NCBI GenBank assembly: GCA_977030845.1
Contig: OZ365116.1
Coordinates: 18,786,001 to 18,850,000 of the forward strand
Origin: Fimbriosthenelais zetlandica
Taxonomy: Eukaryota
Reading direction: 5' to 3'
DNA length: 64,000 bases
Shown: positions 1-14,800 of the stretch, in pieces
How the letters are laid out: the number at the start of each line of letters is the position of its first letter
Numbering within the stretch: position 1 is the stretch's first letter
Made by a program: the position numbers and the translations under genes
Notes under the pieces: generated by a model
Database searches by the model: none
Told to the model about the DNA's origin: nothing
Seen by the model: only the letters and a program-made list of their open reading frames with translations

Positions 1-1229
1 GGTTATTCAGCCATAGAAATAGTATAGTCATGTCACAATGTTTTTTTTCTTTCTTCACTGGACCTACAATTGTTCCTAAATGTTTATGAAAAAGATCCAA
101 TACAAACACGGTGTTAACCCATAGAACAAAGATTTAACAAGAGGTTTGGAGTTTAGCCTCACTTGATGGTTCAGGGCAGGGAGATAAAGCGGTATTTGTA
201 TACTAAACACCTCGGAGGTCACAGTCCAAATTAACATCCAGGTATCAGTGTGGACTAGAGTTCCCATTGACAAACAGGCCCATCCCACCCAATAATCCCC
301 CAACGGTCCATTTCATCCCAGCCTATTTAGCCATTTCCCCAGTGGTGATACCCTGTCCTTCACCAGGCCAGATGCTCAAATTCAGGTATAGTTAAGAGAA
401 ACAATTCTCACCATAGTAGCAACCACTAACATTGTTACCACATGAATCAACTGGTACTTTCTTACAGTGTTCCTTATACAGATTTATGGACTTTCCTGCG
501 TCAGCATGTCAAATAAAGGATTTTTTTTGGTATATATAATGAAATACCTATTCCATTGAACAAGAGAGTGGGACATGTTACCTGGGCGGCATTTCTTTGG
601 CCTAATCAGTGTTGAGGTTTCCTGCTCGGGTGGACTGTATGGCAGGGGAGATGGTAGAAGACATCTTATCGGTGAAGGAAATGCTGACCCTGGGGCCTTC
701 GCCTGGCTGGGCCCGTATTCTCAACATGTCAGCTCCCATTTCACACCCATTGGTGGAGGACAAGTCCAATCCATTACTTTACTCAAAGCCTTTCAATGGC
801 TGCCGATCCTCCACAAACGTGAGGGCGTACGGCCCCGGCGCAAACTATTGTGAGATGGAACCAGAGGGCACTCTCACCAGAAGTATGCATATACGTATGT
901 AGCCTTATAAAATAATAAATAAAATATAGAAATACACTTAAAATAGGGTTAATGCTATATATTCCTTAATCACCAACTTGAGGGATTGCCTGAATGATTC
1001 ATATTAAGCATATCCCAGAAATGAGTCCTGCCTATTATGATATTTAAACTTTCTGGAAAGATTTCTTCATAATACTCATTGTCCCTTTCCAAGTGTCCCC
1101 CAAAGCCAACCAAGACCCAGTGAAGTGATCCCGTCAATGGAACTTATAATCAGGCACGGCAATGGTAACCTGTTGATTGGTCAGAGAGGAAAAGCAGACA
1201 AAGTGGCCACACTGACATGGCCAGGCCTA

Positions 1230-1243
1230 GTTACCATGGCAAC
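1230..1243. promoter_or_regulatory. Consensus RFX X-box
   Basis: GTTACCATGGCAAC. Confidence 0.4.
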
Positions 1244-4200
1244 ATCTTACTATTGAAGCCAGCCATAATGAACATGGCTTGGTCTTTGTGTGGATATGTC
1301 TATTGGAGACTTAGCTATTCTTCATGGATTTTCCTCCTGAGGAAACATCAATGAGTGAATTGGAAATAGATGGAGTAGAATCCAGAGAGCTTCAGGTAGC
1401 TAATGGGGCAGGGTTTATATTGTCAATATTGATGCAAATACCAGCCTTCTAGGTCCGCTTCAATGAAAGAAAGAAAGTTTCGCCTGTCGCCTAGGGGCTG
1501 TTATGACCCATATAGACTAAATCTTGGAGATTTTTTTTTGTCAAAAGAAAGCAGACACGAAGACGCAACCTCATGAAAGTTTTAAGTTCGATGGTTAAAA
1601 GCCTGCCTCAAAAGCATATTCGAAAATGCTTATTGAAATAATTGAAAAGTGAGATAATTGAAATGAAGTTTTTGCACAGACTTTAAGGTCGTTTCTAGAC
1701 AAAGCATGCCATTGACATATAGCAGCAGAGCATTGCACCTGTCGTACTAGTCTGGTGCCAAGATTGCCTCCAAATCCACTAGGTATAATCTTACATGGAT
1801 CCTGGATGAACTTTAAACCCATTAGATTCAGGAATGAAGCTAAAATATGTTCCCACGAATTGGAGCAAAGATTACAACCAAAGATACCATGGAAGAAAGA
1901 AGCGGTCCGTATAATATAATTCAACATAATAGGGTACAGTAAAGGATGTCAACTCAATTTTGAAAAGGGTGGGAATGGAAGGCATTCTAATTGAAACACA
2001 TAAAGGATGACACAGTCCAGAGTCATAAACCAAAAGTGAACTCCTGTTTTTCATGATTTCTCATTATGTCTGCAATTACTGAAATGATGAAATGGATTCG
2101 TTTTGGAATGATGAAAGCAGCGATGACTGCCATTTCCATTAAAATTCTCGCCTAAGGTGGCTTATTTTTGTCTGGAGTGATATACAGCAAGACAATCATG
2201 GACACATGAAGTACGATGAATAAAGTAAATAGGTCCCCATTGGCTGGCGGGTATGCAGCCTGGAATAGAAACAAAGCACTAACGGTACACTTCCCATATT
2301 GACGACGACACTAATGTATCCATAGGGAGGCTTGTGATCCAAACGTGAGTAAGAACTGATCAAAAGGTTTTTATATTAAAAATGAATAATAATCTGTCCC
2401 AAATACATCACAAGTAGTAAAAAATATCACTCTAGAGGCATGAGACAGGGAGAGCCCGTCATGAGAAAGGCCGCGAGTATAGGGTTTAATAGCTGTTGAT
2501 CATATGTTAGACGGTGGAGGGAGAGAGGAGTGAGTCTATCCAATGCCTTCAGGGAGTTCACCTTGGATTCACATTGTTGGTGTCGTGTTCCACTCACCTT
2601 TCACAGTCCTGGTTTAAAGCCAAATGAAAGGACCCCTAGTTTACATTTTACCTTCAGGGAGGAAAGGCTATACTCAAAGTAAGTGGAGAATCTTTGGTGA
2701 AGAAAGCCATATATATTAAAATAGACTGACCACAGAGCTCTGAGGGTCCGCCTGAGTCCACCAGTCAATTAGGACGAGAGAATGGTCAGTTTATTAACAC
2801 AGGTCCCCAAGACATTCCTCCCCAACTTCACTGCGTTGACCATTGACGAAACTCCTTTTGTTATCAATGTTTTCTCATAAAATCTCTTAAATTAGGAGTA
2901 ATCTCTAAAAACACATTTTTTAATAAGCGTAAATCTATTTCTTCCACACACTACCATTTTCCTGCCTCTGATCATAAGATAAGGGCTCCATTTGACATGA
3001 AAAATCAAAATGATGAAAAGACAGTGCCATATTTTCTTTCTCTGACATGTCACATAAGGAATCAAATGCCTTGAGACAGTTAAAACCCTGCGACGTATTC
3101 ACATGGAATCAATCATTTCATCAATCTAAGAATTCCCACAGGTTGTTAAAGCATTCCCGGCAGGAAAAGACAGATTAAAATTGGACTTGGGATGGATTAG
3201 CTGAACTGATTACCCAAAAACCCTCCCCCTCCTGAATCCATTTTAAACAGTTGAAGTTCAGGTGACAAGTGAAAAAATTAACAACTTCTAATTTAGCCTC
3301 AGGACACAAAGCTTTGACAGATCACTCAAAAGCGGATAGGGACTACATAAAGAAACCAGAGATTACATGAAACAAATGAATGAATCATTCATGTAAATAT
3401 TAGGCAGAAATATATCCACCATTGTGTAAATAATGAAAATAAAAACAAGTAACTCATACCGTCCGTCTAATGGATATGTCCTTCAATTCTAAATATTTAA
3501 AATTTCTAAGATACACAAGAAGCAAAAATCATTCGCTCTTAGGGGCAAAGAATCCATTATGCGTCTAGGTGAAGCGCTACATTATTAGAATATAGCTCGG
3601 TAAGTAATTAGGTGTCAAGTTGACAGTGATAGATATAAACGAGCTGTACAATAGTCCATCTCTCAAAGGGAACTTGTCAAATCAACACAAACAACAGCAG
3701 CAACAAAGCTGCCGCAAACGTCTTCAAAGGAAAGAGAAGAGTCTCTCCATTATTCTATGGTTAAACCCACAACTGTATACCCATTATTTCAAGACAGTTT
3801 AGCAGGTAGTGGGCCATAGAAGACTATATTCTTTCCTTAAGACCCTCCCTTAAGCGACTAATTTCTAAGGGGGTTGTAACAAGTGTTTACGACCCTGAAG
3901 ATACTTCAGGTAAAGTCCTACAGCAAGTGCTAATGGCAAACGCCTTGATTTGGACATAGGGACAATTGCCTTCTTTCCTAGAAGGAAAATATTGGAGTGA
4001 GGGTAAAATGTCCCTATGGTTCTCTATTGCTAGAGCGCTATACATCACGCAGGTCGTGCTTTGGGAGGGTTTATGATGTATTTGCTGGTAGAGTGGGGTT
4101 CCTCCCATGACAGGAGGGGTGAGTAATGTTGAGTTATGATTCTACCTTTCCACTGTGATGTATTAGCGTGGGGTCCATCCTGACAAGGACCTTCTTGCTT

Positions 4201-7200
4201 AGCTCTACTCCACTCACAATTATGTATAACAAAGGGCCACTTATGTATAAGCCACCCAGGCCACTTGGCTTGTGGAAAAATTACTTTCCCACTAACTTAT
4301 GAGTCCTCTTCAAATGTTTGAAAGATGAACTGAATTTCTGTTCTCTTTCGTTTGGCTTGGCCCTTATATCATAAGTGCATGTATAGGTCTACAGGGAGGT
4401 GGTTATATGGAACATAAACCAGACTCAGAAATATTCATCATTTCTGACATGAGATAATATAATAAATGTACGACTAAATTAGAGGAAACTCTATACTAAA
4501 CTTGGATAAAAAACCTATAACGATGACGAAAGGAAATTAATATGATGCTTTTAAGTGACACATTGCAATGTGATACAGTTATTTTTCACAACCTAATCAT
4601 TCTACACTTAACTAGGATTCCTAGAATTGATATGCCTGTATAGTACATGCCTGCTAGCAGACACCACATGAAAGCACAGACCTCCTAGGAGGACCACTAA
4701 CCACGAGGAGCCACTCTTCCCCTCTCATCTCTGAAATATTAAACTTATTCTCAACTCAAAGGCCAGATGTATGGGCAAGCCTGCCATATCTAACTCAAGC
4801 ACGACAGAAGGCTCCTGATTTATTGGAGTATCTCCTCTACATACCCTGGCGAAGATCTTGAGAGAAAGGAAGGATACTCGAGGCTGACCAATGTTAAGGA
4901 GGCCTACATATAGCATTCATTTACCAGGGGCTCCTGCCTTACTTAAATTTTGTATTGCAGACTTTGTGGTTAACGTGTACATATAAAAAAATATAAAGCA
5001 ACTCGTGAATCAAATATGACCCAGACAGAGGGCATGTGAAATTCTGCTGAATTTGGGAGCACTTGGACAATAAGAATATGACATCACGATGAATAATAAG
5101 AAAATTGTCTCGAGTGGACAAAAATTGTCTTGAAATTCTTCAGGCCCACGCTATGTCAGCCTTTCTCTCTCCACCTTGTCTTCTTGCATTACGAGAGGAC
5201 ACGTTTCACATCTCACTCACCAGGCGACGACATGGCGCTGCTATCACCTTGAAGGTCACGTGACGTCTCCAGCTCCACCACCCACTCTCCTGAGCGCCTT
5301 CCAGTCCACGCCCTATGGTAACCCCTATCACTGGCCACATTTACCATTGTCATAATTTTTTCTGCACAATATGATTCCAAGCTTGGAAGAGTAGCCTTGG
5401 AGAGGCAGGAGAGGATGGGTGGGTTTGAGAGTAAAGTGTTTTGATCTGTTTAACGTCAGGAGATGAGTGCGTGCTCAGTTCAGTACTTGTCATAATCATG
5501 ACGGATGGGGCTTCAGTACAATGGAGAAGAGGGACCACAAGGTTGGTTACTGGGAGACGATCATGTAGTAAATCAGCCTTCATTAAAATAAAATGTAGCT
5601 ATAGGTCTTTGACCAATGTGTTCATCACAAAATGAGGTCGAATGTCAGAGGTCTGCTTCCAAATGAGATTAATTAATTATAATAATTCATAAACCATCAG
5701 CTGTGATTTGGATGCACCTCGTGACATGACCTTGATGCATCATTCAGGCTTTCACCCTGGCTAGCAGTAAAGTGGTGAATGACAGAGAACTTTTATAATG
5801 GTAGACGTCAGCACCAAGGTCATGTGACACTATAGCAGAATGGCAACCAGTGGAGAGTGGTATCAAAGTGGCAGCTGTTGAAGTGCCACCCATATCGCCT
5901 CAAAACGAGGCAGATAGCAGACCTGATCACACCCATCACAAACTGAGATCAAATAAAAATTCAAGGGGCGACCAAACTCCTCAGACATTGAGTTCCAATA
6001 CCATTTCAATGGTAAGATTCAAGATGAATCGAGTCACGCCTTCCCAATGAAAAACTGAGGCAACTATTTTTATAGAGATACCTTTGGCAACTGGTCCTTT
6101 AAGAAGGAAATGAAGACCAAGTCTTAGACCAGCGGGTCATTGTCATCATAGACCTCTCGTGATGTTGCTGGAATTTTCATGTTTCCAGTAAACGTGTCCT
6201 GCGCCAGGTAGAAACATGAGAATAGGGAGCCATTGTTTCTCTCGCCAGTTCCTTTGATCTAGCCGCCACTGAGCGTCACCATACAAACTTCTTGTACACC
6301 AAGCAACCTGCAGCTTGTCCGTGGTGCTTAGGATGCTGGGTAAATGTTTAGCATTTCCTCAACGCGCAGCTTCAGAAGTTGGTAACCGGATCTGGTGTGG
6401 TTACTTAGGTGTTTGCAAAGAAAGGAATCTGGTCGTTCAGTTTGGAAAGAATGGAATAGTAGACCTAACTGGAGTCCTGATCCATTTTGTTTGTAGCTGT
6501 TATATCCAAAAATGAATAATAAGAAAGCAATGTATCTTTCAGATGGGGAAACTATTTTAGCTTGCTTTGACAGAAAATGGATCAGGTTACTCCGAATTAG
6601 CCGACTTATAAATTGAGAAAATAGTGTCTTTCCTAAACTGTGCCAACCATGTACTGAAGGTGAAGACATGTGGCATGAGTGAAATGTTTCCTTGGTAACG
6701 TTAGAGGTGACGTGTTAGCATGGTTAAAGACAAACACTGTAATTAGGTGAGGCAGGATGAGCCACACACCTGCTGAACGCCACATATACAAATAAATAAC
6801 ACTGACGTCATACAATCACAATCTGACAGTATGAAAACATCCCCGCCCTATAATAGCCTGAGAATAAATACCAAGGAATTCCACTGAAACTAAGAAAGGC
6901 ATTTAGTTTGGAGTCTTGCCCAGTAGATAGTCATAAAGGGCAGAAGATTATTCCCAAAGTTTCAATCAAACTTTCTCTTGAAAGTATATTTTTCTAATGC
7001 ATGAAATTAAACATTAGAGATGTTATTGCAATCATTCTCTTGCTGCAATATGCAAGCACTGAGATTTTGTAAAATTAGTAGTATAATGGTTATCTTGCAT
7101 GAGGCCCATATGCAACGCTGCATCGAGGCAATTCATGACTCCTTCTCACAACAAACTTCAATCAGGGCAAATATTTTAGCTGAGGATCGCAGTGCACAAG

Positions 7201-10200
7201 AGCACTGCAGGTTAATATTCTCCATCGGGCGAGGTTTATCAAACTCAAACCGGAAGCTTGTCCCTACACAAATAATGGTTAGAAATATTTGATACATCCA
7301 ACAGCCTAGCCATATCATAGCTTCTAAAGGTCCAGGTGGTGGGACAGCCATAAACCAGAAATTATTAATAGGCCTAGTAGGACTATATTATTACATATTG
7401 GCCAATAGACATTTTATATTTTATGGCAAGATGTTCGCAAGACCATATGTCCACAGCTGGAGTGAAGATCCTTCAAAAATACACCAGATCTTATCCTCAT
7501 TATCGCTCACTGAGTATTCTAGTCTTACAAAGACCTCATCCTCACCCACCACAAAACCTCTACTGACGTCATTTGTGACGTCATTGACAGATGCAAAGCT
7601 TACCATTTATACAGAAAACTTTGAACAATTGCAAAAGACAAACAAGTTAATGTAGTGCTTAAAATTATTGAACAATTAGTTCAAGCCTGTAAAAACCTGT
7701 CGTGATTTTGCCAGATGTCTTGTTTAAATATGGCCTAAGGATGCAGAGGGGGAAGAAACTAATCGAATTTTCCGCAGAAGTACAAGGGTCAATAGGTAAT
7801 TCTCTGAGAGAAGAACTGACCATTTAAAGCCTTTGTTATTAGACTAAATAATGCTGAGCTCATACACCACCTGGTGGGAGTACTTTCTGGCTATTTTCCT
7901 AATTCAAATTTCTCTCAGATTAAGAGATTCCTAAGAGCCCGGGTAAATATCCTGCGGCCTCTCTGTTGTGTGAACTTAATGGTAGCCCAGTCCCACACAG
8001 AAAACCAAATCTTCTTAAAGTTTTTGGCAATTTGACCATCAACCTAAGCCACAGAATACTTACAGAATAGCAAGACACAGAAAATGGAAAATGGCTTAAT
8101 GCGAATTGTTATAGAAATTCTTGATAGAATGTGATTCAAACCCTGCAATGGGAAACTGCATACCAAGATTGCCTCTCAGTGTAGGACAAGATTTACTTTG
8201 CCCCCTTGAGAGTCGTGCACGCTTTCTCACCATCCTTCACACACCAGTAGTTCACTATACTTATATCAAAAACCTGTATAAGCCTCAGGGCAGGATTACA
8301 GTGACAGAATAAACTTAACCTCTCTGCCTTCAACTAACACATTCTTCTTCAGATGACAAGCAATGCTGGGAATTCATGAGCTTCCGTGCCCAGGCGTAAC
8401 TATTGTCAACTTAGTCATCAAGAAAATTATTGTTTAAAACTGATTAAAATAACTATTTCTGGCAAGATCTCTCACAAAATAAATACATATTTTGAATGGT
8501 CAGATGGATATATTCATCCAAGGAAAAAGCCAATAGCTAGCTAAGACCAGCTCCAAACTATTCATATATTGTGCACGGACGTATGCAAAGCTTATAAGCC
8601 ATCTATTCCAGGCGGTGTGTGGTGAGGGGTGGAAAAAATCCTCTCTAATCTGAGTCTGGCTGAGCCATGCACCTCAGGCGCAGGCCTGAGGAAGAAAAAA
8701 GATCCTGTCTACGGAAATGAGGCAGAGACTCTCTCCAGCTACTGGTGTGTCTAATAGAAGGCCGTTTTACAGTCGACTTTATATAGAGAGAAAGCACAAC
8801 CATACATTCCGTTCTTTTCCGCCCATGTATTATTCTTTATAAATCAGGAATAATACGATAATTATCTTAATAGTAGTGATTTTCACAAAAAGGAAGAGGA
8901 AAAGCTCTGGCAAAGCTATGTTATTTGCAGGTCATATAGCTGGTACACAGAGCCTGGATTGGCATGTAGCATTGAGTATTAGAGGTGTGGAGACTCCAGG
9001 GATGCATGGATTAACAGCTACAAGACTGAGCCTCCTGACCAGCATGGGAGGATGTCCACACCTACACCAGGCACAACCTGCCACACACAAAATACGGTAT
9101 ATACTTCTTATAAATCACCCACACCAACATACCCTCAACAGGCTACACCTTTATACCCTAACAGTTTTCTAGATTCAGAAACGATACTGTCAGGTTTTAC
9201 ACAACTATCCACAAAACAGATCGATTGGAGATAAGATCTGCAGACACCTTTCTCACAAATCTACAGTTCCCAACATCTTAGATATGTTTTTCCTCCATTC
9301 ATGGCTAAGATATTCTGAAGAACAATTGCCTTTGCACAGCTCCATCTCCTCCCACCTGCGACCAGCCTCAGAGGAAGTGAGCCTTGAAGGCTGCGTGCGC
9401 ACCTTACAGGGGGCACCGGAAGGCAAGTGGTGCTATCTGTAGACACAGATTGGCCTAGACTTGTCGCTGTCTCTTAGAGGTGGAAAGGCTAACCATAGAG
9501 TCAGTGCTCCATTCTAGAGTAATAAAAATCTTATTCCATCAAGTAGTAAGGAGAAATATGAAACCATATTTTCCAACTTGATTTCTGAGCGTGAATTGTA
9601 AATCTTCATAGACAAAGGATGAAGACATAGGCAAGCTAAGAGGAAGGTGTATGAAAGGAAGATTGAGGCACCAGGACAACGGAAAGGAATGACCTTTCAA
9701 AGACAACAATAAATCTAATGACAATCTATTGCGAGTGTGGCATATAGGTTGACACCAGTACATACTTCACACCAATACCAGGCTGTACACCTTCACAATG
9801 AATAGTCCTACATTTGTAAGACATATTCCAGCCCCTCAGTGATCATTTAATAGAGTAGCATGCACATGTGGACTCATCAATTATTTTCATATAACATTTG
9901 CATTATATTCCGTATGACAATCCAAAGATCTCATATATACGGCACTGGAGATCCTCCATGCACCATCTCTGTACTGAACTGCTCCCAGTGGACAGTCAAT
10001 GATTGAAGAAGTGGGCAGCTTCTATGCCGCCCTGACATTTTCTTGCAACTGAATAATATATTACACGATGCTGACTGAATAGAACCGTCAGTCGAGATCC
10101 ATTTCTTTCTCCTCCAGATGAGAGCAACTTAAGACGGAATGAAAAGGCTTCAGAGAATGATAAAAGCTACATGTGAATGCTACCGAGTAGGCAGAGTTAT

Positions 10201-11840
10201 GGCATTTCCTGTAAAGAAAAGACTTTCAAAGCTGGAATTGAGCCTGCCCATTTTTCAAACCAAGAGAATAAAGCCCTAATTAGAGGAATTTAGTTTGACC
10301 TTTCAAAGGAAGCCATCTCCAATTTTCCTCTCACAAACTTGGATTAGTCTTAAAACTTTGCCAAGAGCACAAAGTGTGGACCTGTTTGCAGAAGCAGTCA
10401 AAAACCCGCGCACCTACTTTAATGCTTGGAAAATTATTTTCCACGAGAGTGGTTAAAGATTGAGCAATATTCATGGGTCATTAGGCGAGGTGTTATTTAA
10501 AACGGAAAGCAGGAGGAGCTATTGAAGACTGGCGTTTCTTGAGCTGCTCTTCTCCATGGGGGTATTTGTTACAGGGGTATAGCCTCGGATTCACATCAGT
10601 CACCAAACAACCAGGCTTCACAGAAAATAGCTGGACCAATATAATGAGCTGACGACAAGCACTGGCCATACATCATTCAGAGGGATGGTAATTGACAGGC
10701 AGGACACAGGTATATCCACATGGCTGCTATACCCTGGTCACACACTGGCTGACCAGCTGGCTTAGTGTGTCAAGGTGCTCTTTTCAGGAGGACGTAGAGA
10801 AGGGGCACAACAATCACTACCACCAACTCCAGCAAAGAAAAGAGAGCGATGGTAGCTTGGCATGTGATGCTATGAAAGACACTCCACAACAATGCTCCGG
10901 CCTCATTGGAAACCCATGAGGAGAAAAGGGATACAAAGGATTGCCCACTCAAAGCAAGCCTCAATTTTTTGTCCACGTTTTTCTCTCCATCCACCCAGTT
11001 GTGACTCACACTCGCCCTCCAGCGCTTGCTTCTTTTGGGTTATCCTTCCATCGCAAGAGATCAATGCACAAGCGACGATCCCACTGCTAATTAAACACTT
11101 TTTCCTCCTCCCAAGGGGCTCTTGGAATCGTTTTTATTTCTGGTAAATCAAGTGAACGCTTTGTAGTTACTTTGAGGAAAGGGGTTGTCTTTTTATTCCC
11201 CATTCACTGCGAAATTAGTAGGATGGAATAGGCATTTGTAAAAGCTTACCTTTTTGTGAAAAGAACCTGCAATCTTGAGATCTTGAGTGTTGAATAAGAA
11301 GAAACGTGAGTTTAATTCCCTGCCAATATTGCCCTGATCTGATCAAGCCTCAATGCATCCCCGCAGGCCTAAAAAGCACCAATTTTTTCCTCCTAATAAT
11401 GTGCTTTACCCACTAGCAAAATTGATCACCTTAAGCGTTCCACTATCAAGTGGGCCTTTTTCCTATTATTTTCCCCCAATGGGAAGAACAAAGGAGTATG
11501 AAAATATCAGTTTTGTTCAATCATCGGGGGGCTGCGTCTCAATGAAAAGTTATAGTATTTTTGCCAGGTATCCTAGCATGAGAATGCTAACAGGCCCGGA
11601 GCCAGGCACCCACTTTCTGGACGGATAATCAATAGTCTTGTTTGATAAGAAATAATGGACTACCTAGCCCTACAAGTCATTGATCATCGAAAGGGAAGAA
11701 ACATCTTGATGTAATAACTATAGTCTGAGCTGGAGAAATTCAATACTACACATTAAGAGGATAATGTTACCAGTCAGGCTATACCAGACGTTGAAAACTG
11801 CTATGACAGGCCATATTTACTTGCTGTGCGCAACAACACT

Positions 11841-11871
11841 GAGTGAGTGAGGGGGAGAGTGAGTGAGTGAG
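11841..11871 (+). repeat. Interrupted (GAGT)n microsatellite
   Basis: gagtgagtgagggggagagtgagtgagtgag. Confidence 0.75.
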
Positions 11872-14800
11872 CGAATATGAAGAGTGAAATAGTTATTTTG
11901 GAGTAATTACTGACGCCATCCAGCTAGGATTAGGCGCAGGATGATCACAAGGATTATACTGGGGTGAGAAGAGAGTCATATTGCACGCTCGGGTAGAGCC
12001 CTTGTTCCCCTGTCCTCTGTCAGCCTACATAAGTGATGCTATTTACTGATGCCTTCATCAGTGTCATTATGGTGGCGCTTGGTTCAGGGTTCATGGAATG
12101 AAAGAGGTTAATGATGATTTTGTTAGCACCAAAAAAGTTCTGATTCATGTCATACTTTTCTGATTCCATTGTTAATGTTCTTATTATGTACTATGAGTCG
12201 ATATGTTTGCCATGGTAGCTAAGGCAGGGGAAATCGTTTGAAATACAAATTTTCAAAAATACAACTTCAGAATGATGCTGTGGTAATGTCAGTGTGAATT
12301 GACAATACGTCCTGGCAGACGTAGGGTTAGATGAACAGACAGACAAATGAAGGGACAGATAAGCCTTTAGAAAGATATTATTTCAACTTTCTATTCATAG
12401 CAGTAGAAATGTTATAGGCCTAGGTGTCAGAGCAGAGGAATTGGTAGGAGCATTTAATCAGCTCTTGGTGTAATGAAGGCGGGTTTATACGACTAATCAT
12501 CAAGTCTCGGCCGCGGCAAGCAGTTGATGGATTGCCAGGACCAAGGGGCTAATAAGCTCTGCTCAATTATAGGATGGGTTATATGATTCTGCTGCAAGAG
12601 GCAAGTCTCTCACCTCCAAATTACATCAGTCTAGAAACCCTTACACTTCCTGGCTTAGATTTTCTATGGATGAGTTAATACGATACACTTCTAAGAGTCT
12701 TTGGTGATACAAGAATTTAAAACAATATTGTTGCGGGTAATTCAGGTTTCAGAAAGTCTAATAATGGTTCATAAATCTTGTCCTGCGATACAAAGTAAAA
12801 CATTTGTGTCACACTTGGACTTTCCAGCTGCTGGTCTAATTGGTGGCTGGGTAATGAGTTCATTAACAAGTTGTCACGTGAATAACACCATCTCACCACC
12901 GCTGATCCGAGGCAATGGTTTGTTACTGAGTACAGATTTGTATTGTCAAAGGATTTACACAAATCCCCACCAGGGGCCCTTGTGTGACCAGGACACCACA
13001 TGTTCTTGACAAAGTAGAATTCACAGGAGCAGCCGAGCATGGCCACATGAAATACACCATGACCAATCAGTGCTCATTTCAAACACAGCGAGTTACCTAA
13101 TGGGCTGTATTCAAAATAGGCTGACAAAGGCTCGTTGACCAAGATTTGGTCCTTTATCTCGGGTGCTTGTTCTCCTGTACCAAACATGCTCCGATAGTGG
13201 TACCAAAAGACCTTGCAGGCTGTAATAACAAAACGCAGGTTCTTTCTAATTGAAAGGTGGTGTGGTAAGAGAGAAAAGGGGCAAAGACACATGACTGAAG
13301 GTCACCGGGGATGCCATCTGTGCCTTTTGTAGGAGCAAGTTCGTACTGAGACAGCAATAGTGAGGGGTGGATGGGTGCAAGAGCTCTGCACTGGGATCAG
13401 AGCAAAGAGGTGATCAATCTGGTGGTAGGAGGTCGGGATTGTGCTGTCTTATAGAAGGCCACCATCTGGGCACGGTTACATGGTCACAGCAATAAACATA
13501 GGCCTCTATTTTTACCTAATAGTTTGATAGAGTTATTATTTGAACGTCCCTTCAACAAAATGCCTTTATTAGAGGGAAGGACCCATCCAAAGAAAAAGGT
13601 TGAATAGAAAAAAGACGTAGGTATCTATCGTGAGAAGAAATAGCCAACAGAGCATATAGTGCAACAGAAACACGCAACCTTTCTCTTCCTATCAAGATGT
13701 TTATCTCACGCGACCCTTCCACGTATCACATTGCCTTGTATTAGCAGCTACTGGGAATTCAATTGCAAAGAACAACGATTCCAACTAATTCACGAAAGTC
13801 GAAAGAAGAGTCAATACAACATTCTATGACTATACGTGCACACTCCATTTCGCAGGAGAAACACTTTTGGCAACTTTAGGCACTCAAGACACTATATAAT
13901 AGTTCCAGACGAATCTAGTAGTATCAGAGCATGAGTATAGGAGAAGAGTGCTTCTCTGAGATGGGATCAAACGCTTGAGAAGACTTAACAGTACAATGTT
14001 AATGTACGGAGTAATATTTTGAGTGCCTGCGACACAACCACTAAGTAGTATGTAAGGCGCGTGCTTCTCCGAGTGACTCTCAAGGTGTGAGGCAATATGT
14101 CTGTGATGGAAGGTGTCAAAGGTGAACAGATTCATAGACTGTTGATGCATATTCATAGCATACTGATAGGCTTTATATGGGCTGGTTTATGAGGGGTGAT
14201 GTGGTCGGCTTGATGAATAGCAGAGTGAGAGGTGACAACATCCATACGAAGCCAAGGACAGCCGCAACATGGCATAATAGTGGACAACAATGGGTGGGAC
14301 AGGACTGCTGATAATAACGCCAATAAATAGCTGATTGTCTGTGCATTACCCGCGGCAGGAGCGAGGCGGTGGTGAGCTCAGAGAGACTGGTATAAGTGGA
14401 TTGTAGAGTGAGGAGATGGAGAGGAGCTGTCATGCAGGACCAAGCTGCCAAACTGATTACCTGAGAAGCCTGGCCAATGATTGAGTCACTTATTGAGTTA
14501 GTCTTTAGATGTCAGTGAAGGATGGATGGGAATCAGGGGTATACACCAGTTACTAGTATTATGCAGTAGTCTCTTATGTAACCTAAGTTATAAATCCATC
14601 ATTGCTAGCCAGGGTTTGGCCTGGAATGACGCAGGAGGCATGAAGTGGTGGATTAATTGAGTTATGACACTGAGGGAGATGGGATTATCATAATATGCCC
14701 CTGTGAGCGGGGAGGGCCTTCCAAATACCAATTATCTTAACATGTGGTTCATGGCATCTGCAAGAAATCTGCAAGACGGAGGAAGAAGGCATTTGGCTAG

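Noticed and set aside
6328-6496. Minus-strand frame YKQNGSGLQ...DSFLCKH...IYPAS* as a TMEM135 exon or alternative last exon
   Set aside because: It is in frame with exon 6, but only a 3-4 residue resemblance (CKH) to downstream TMEM135 is present, and the expected motifs are absent.
9766-9807. 42-nt phase 2-2 segment as TMEM135 exon 7
   Set aside because: The length matches the recalled human exon 7, but the peptide TIHCEGVQPGIGV has no similarity to CKDGLKGFTFSAL and the acceptor is weak.
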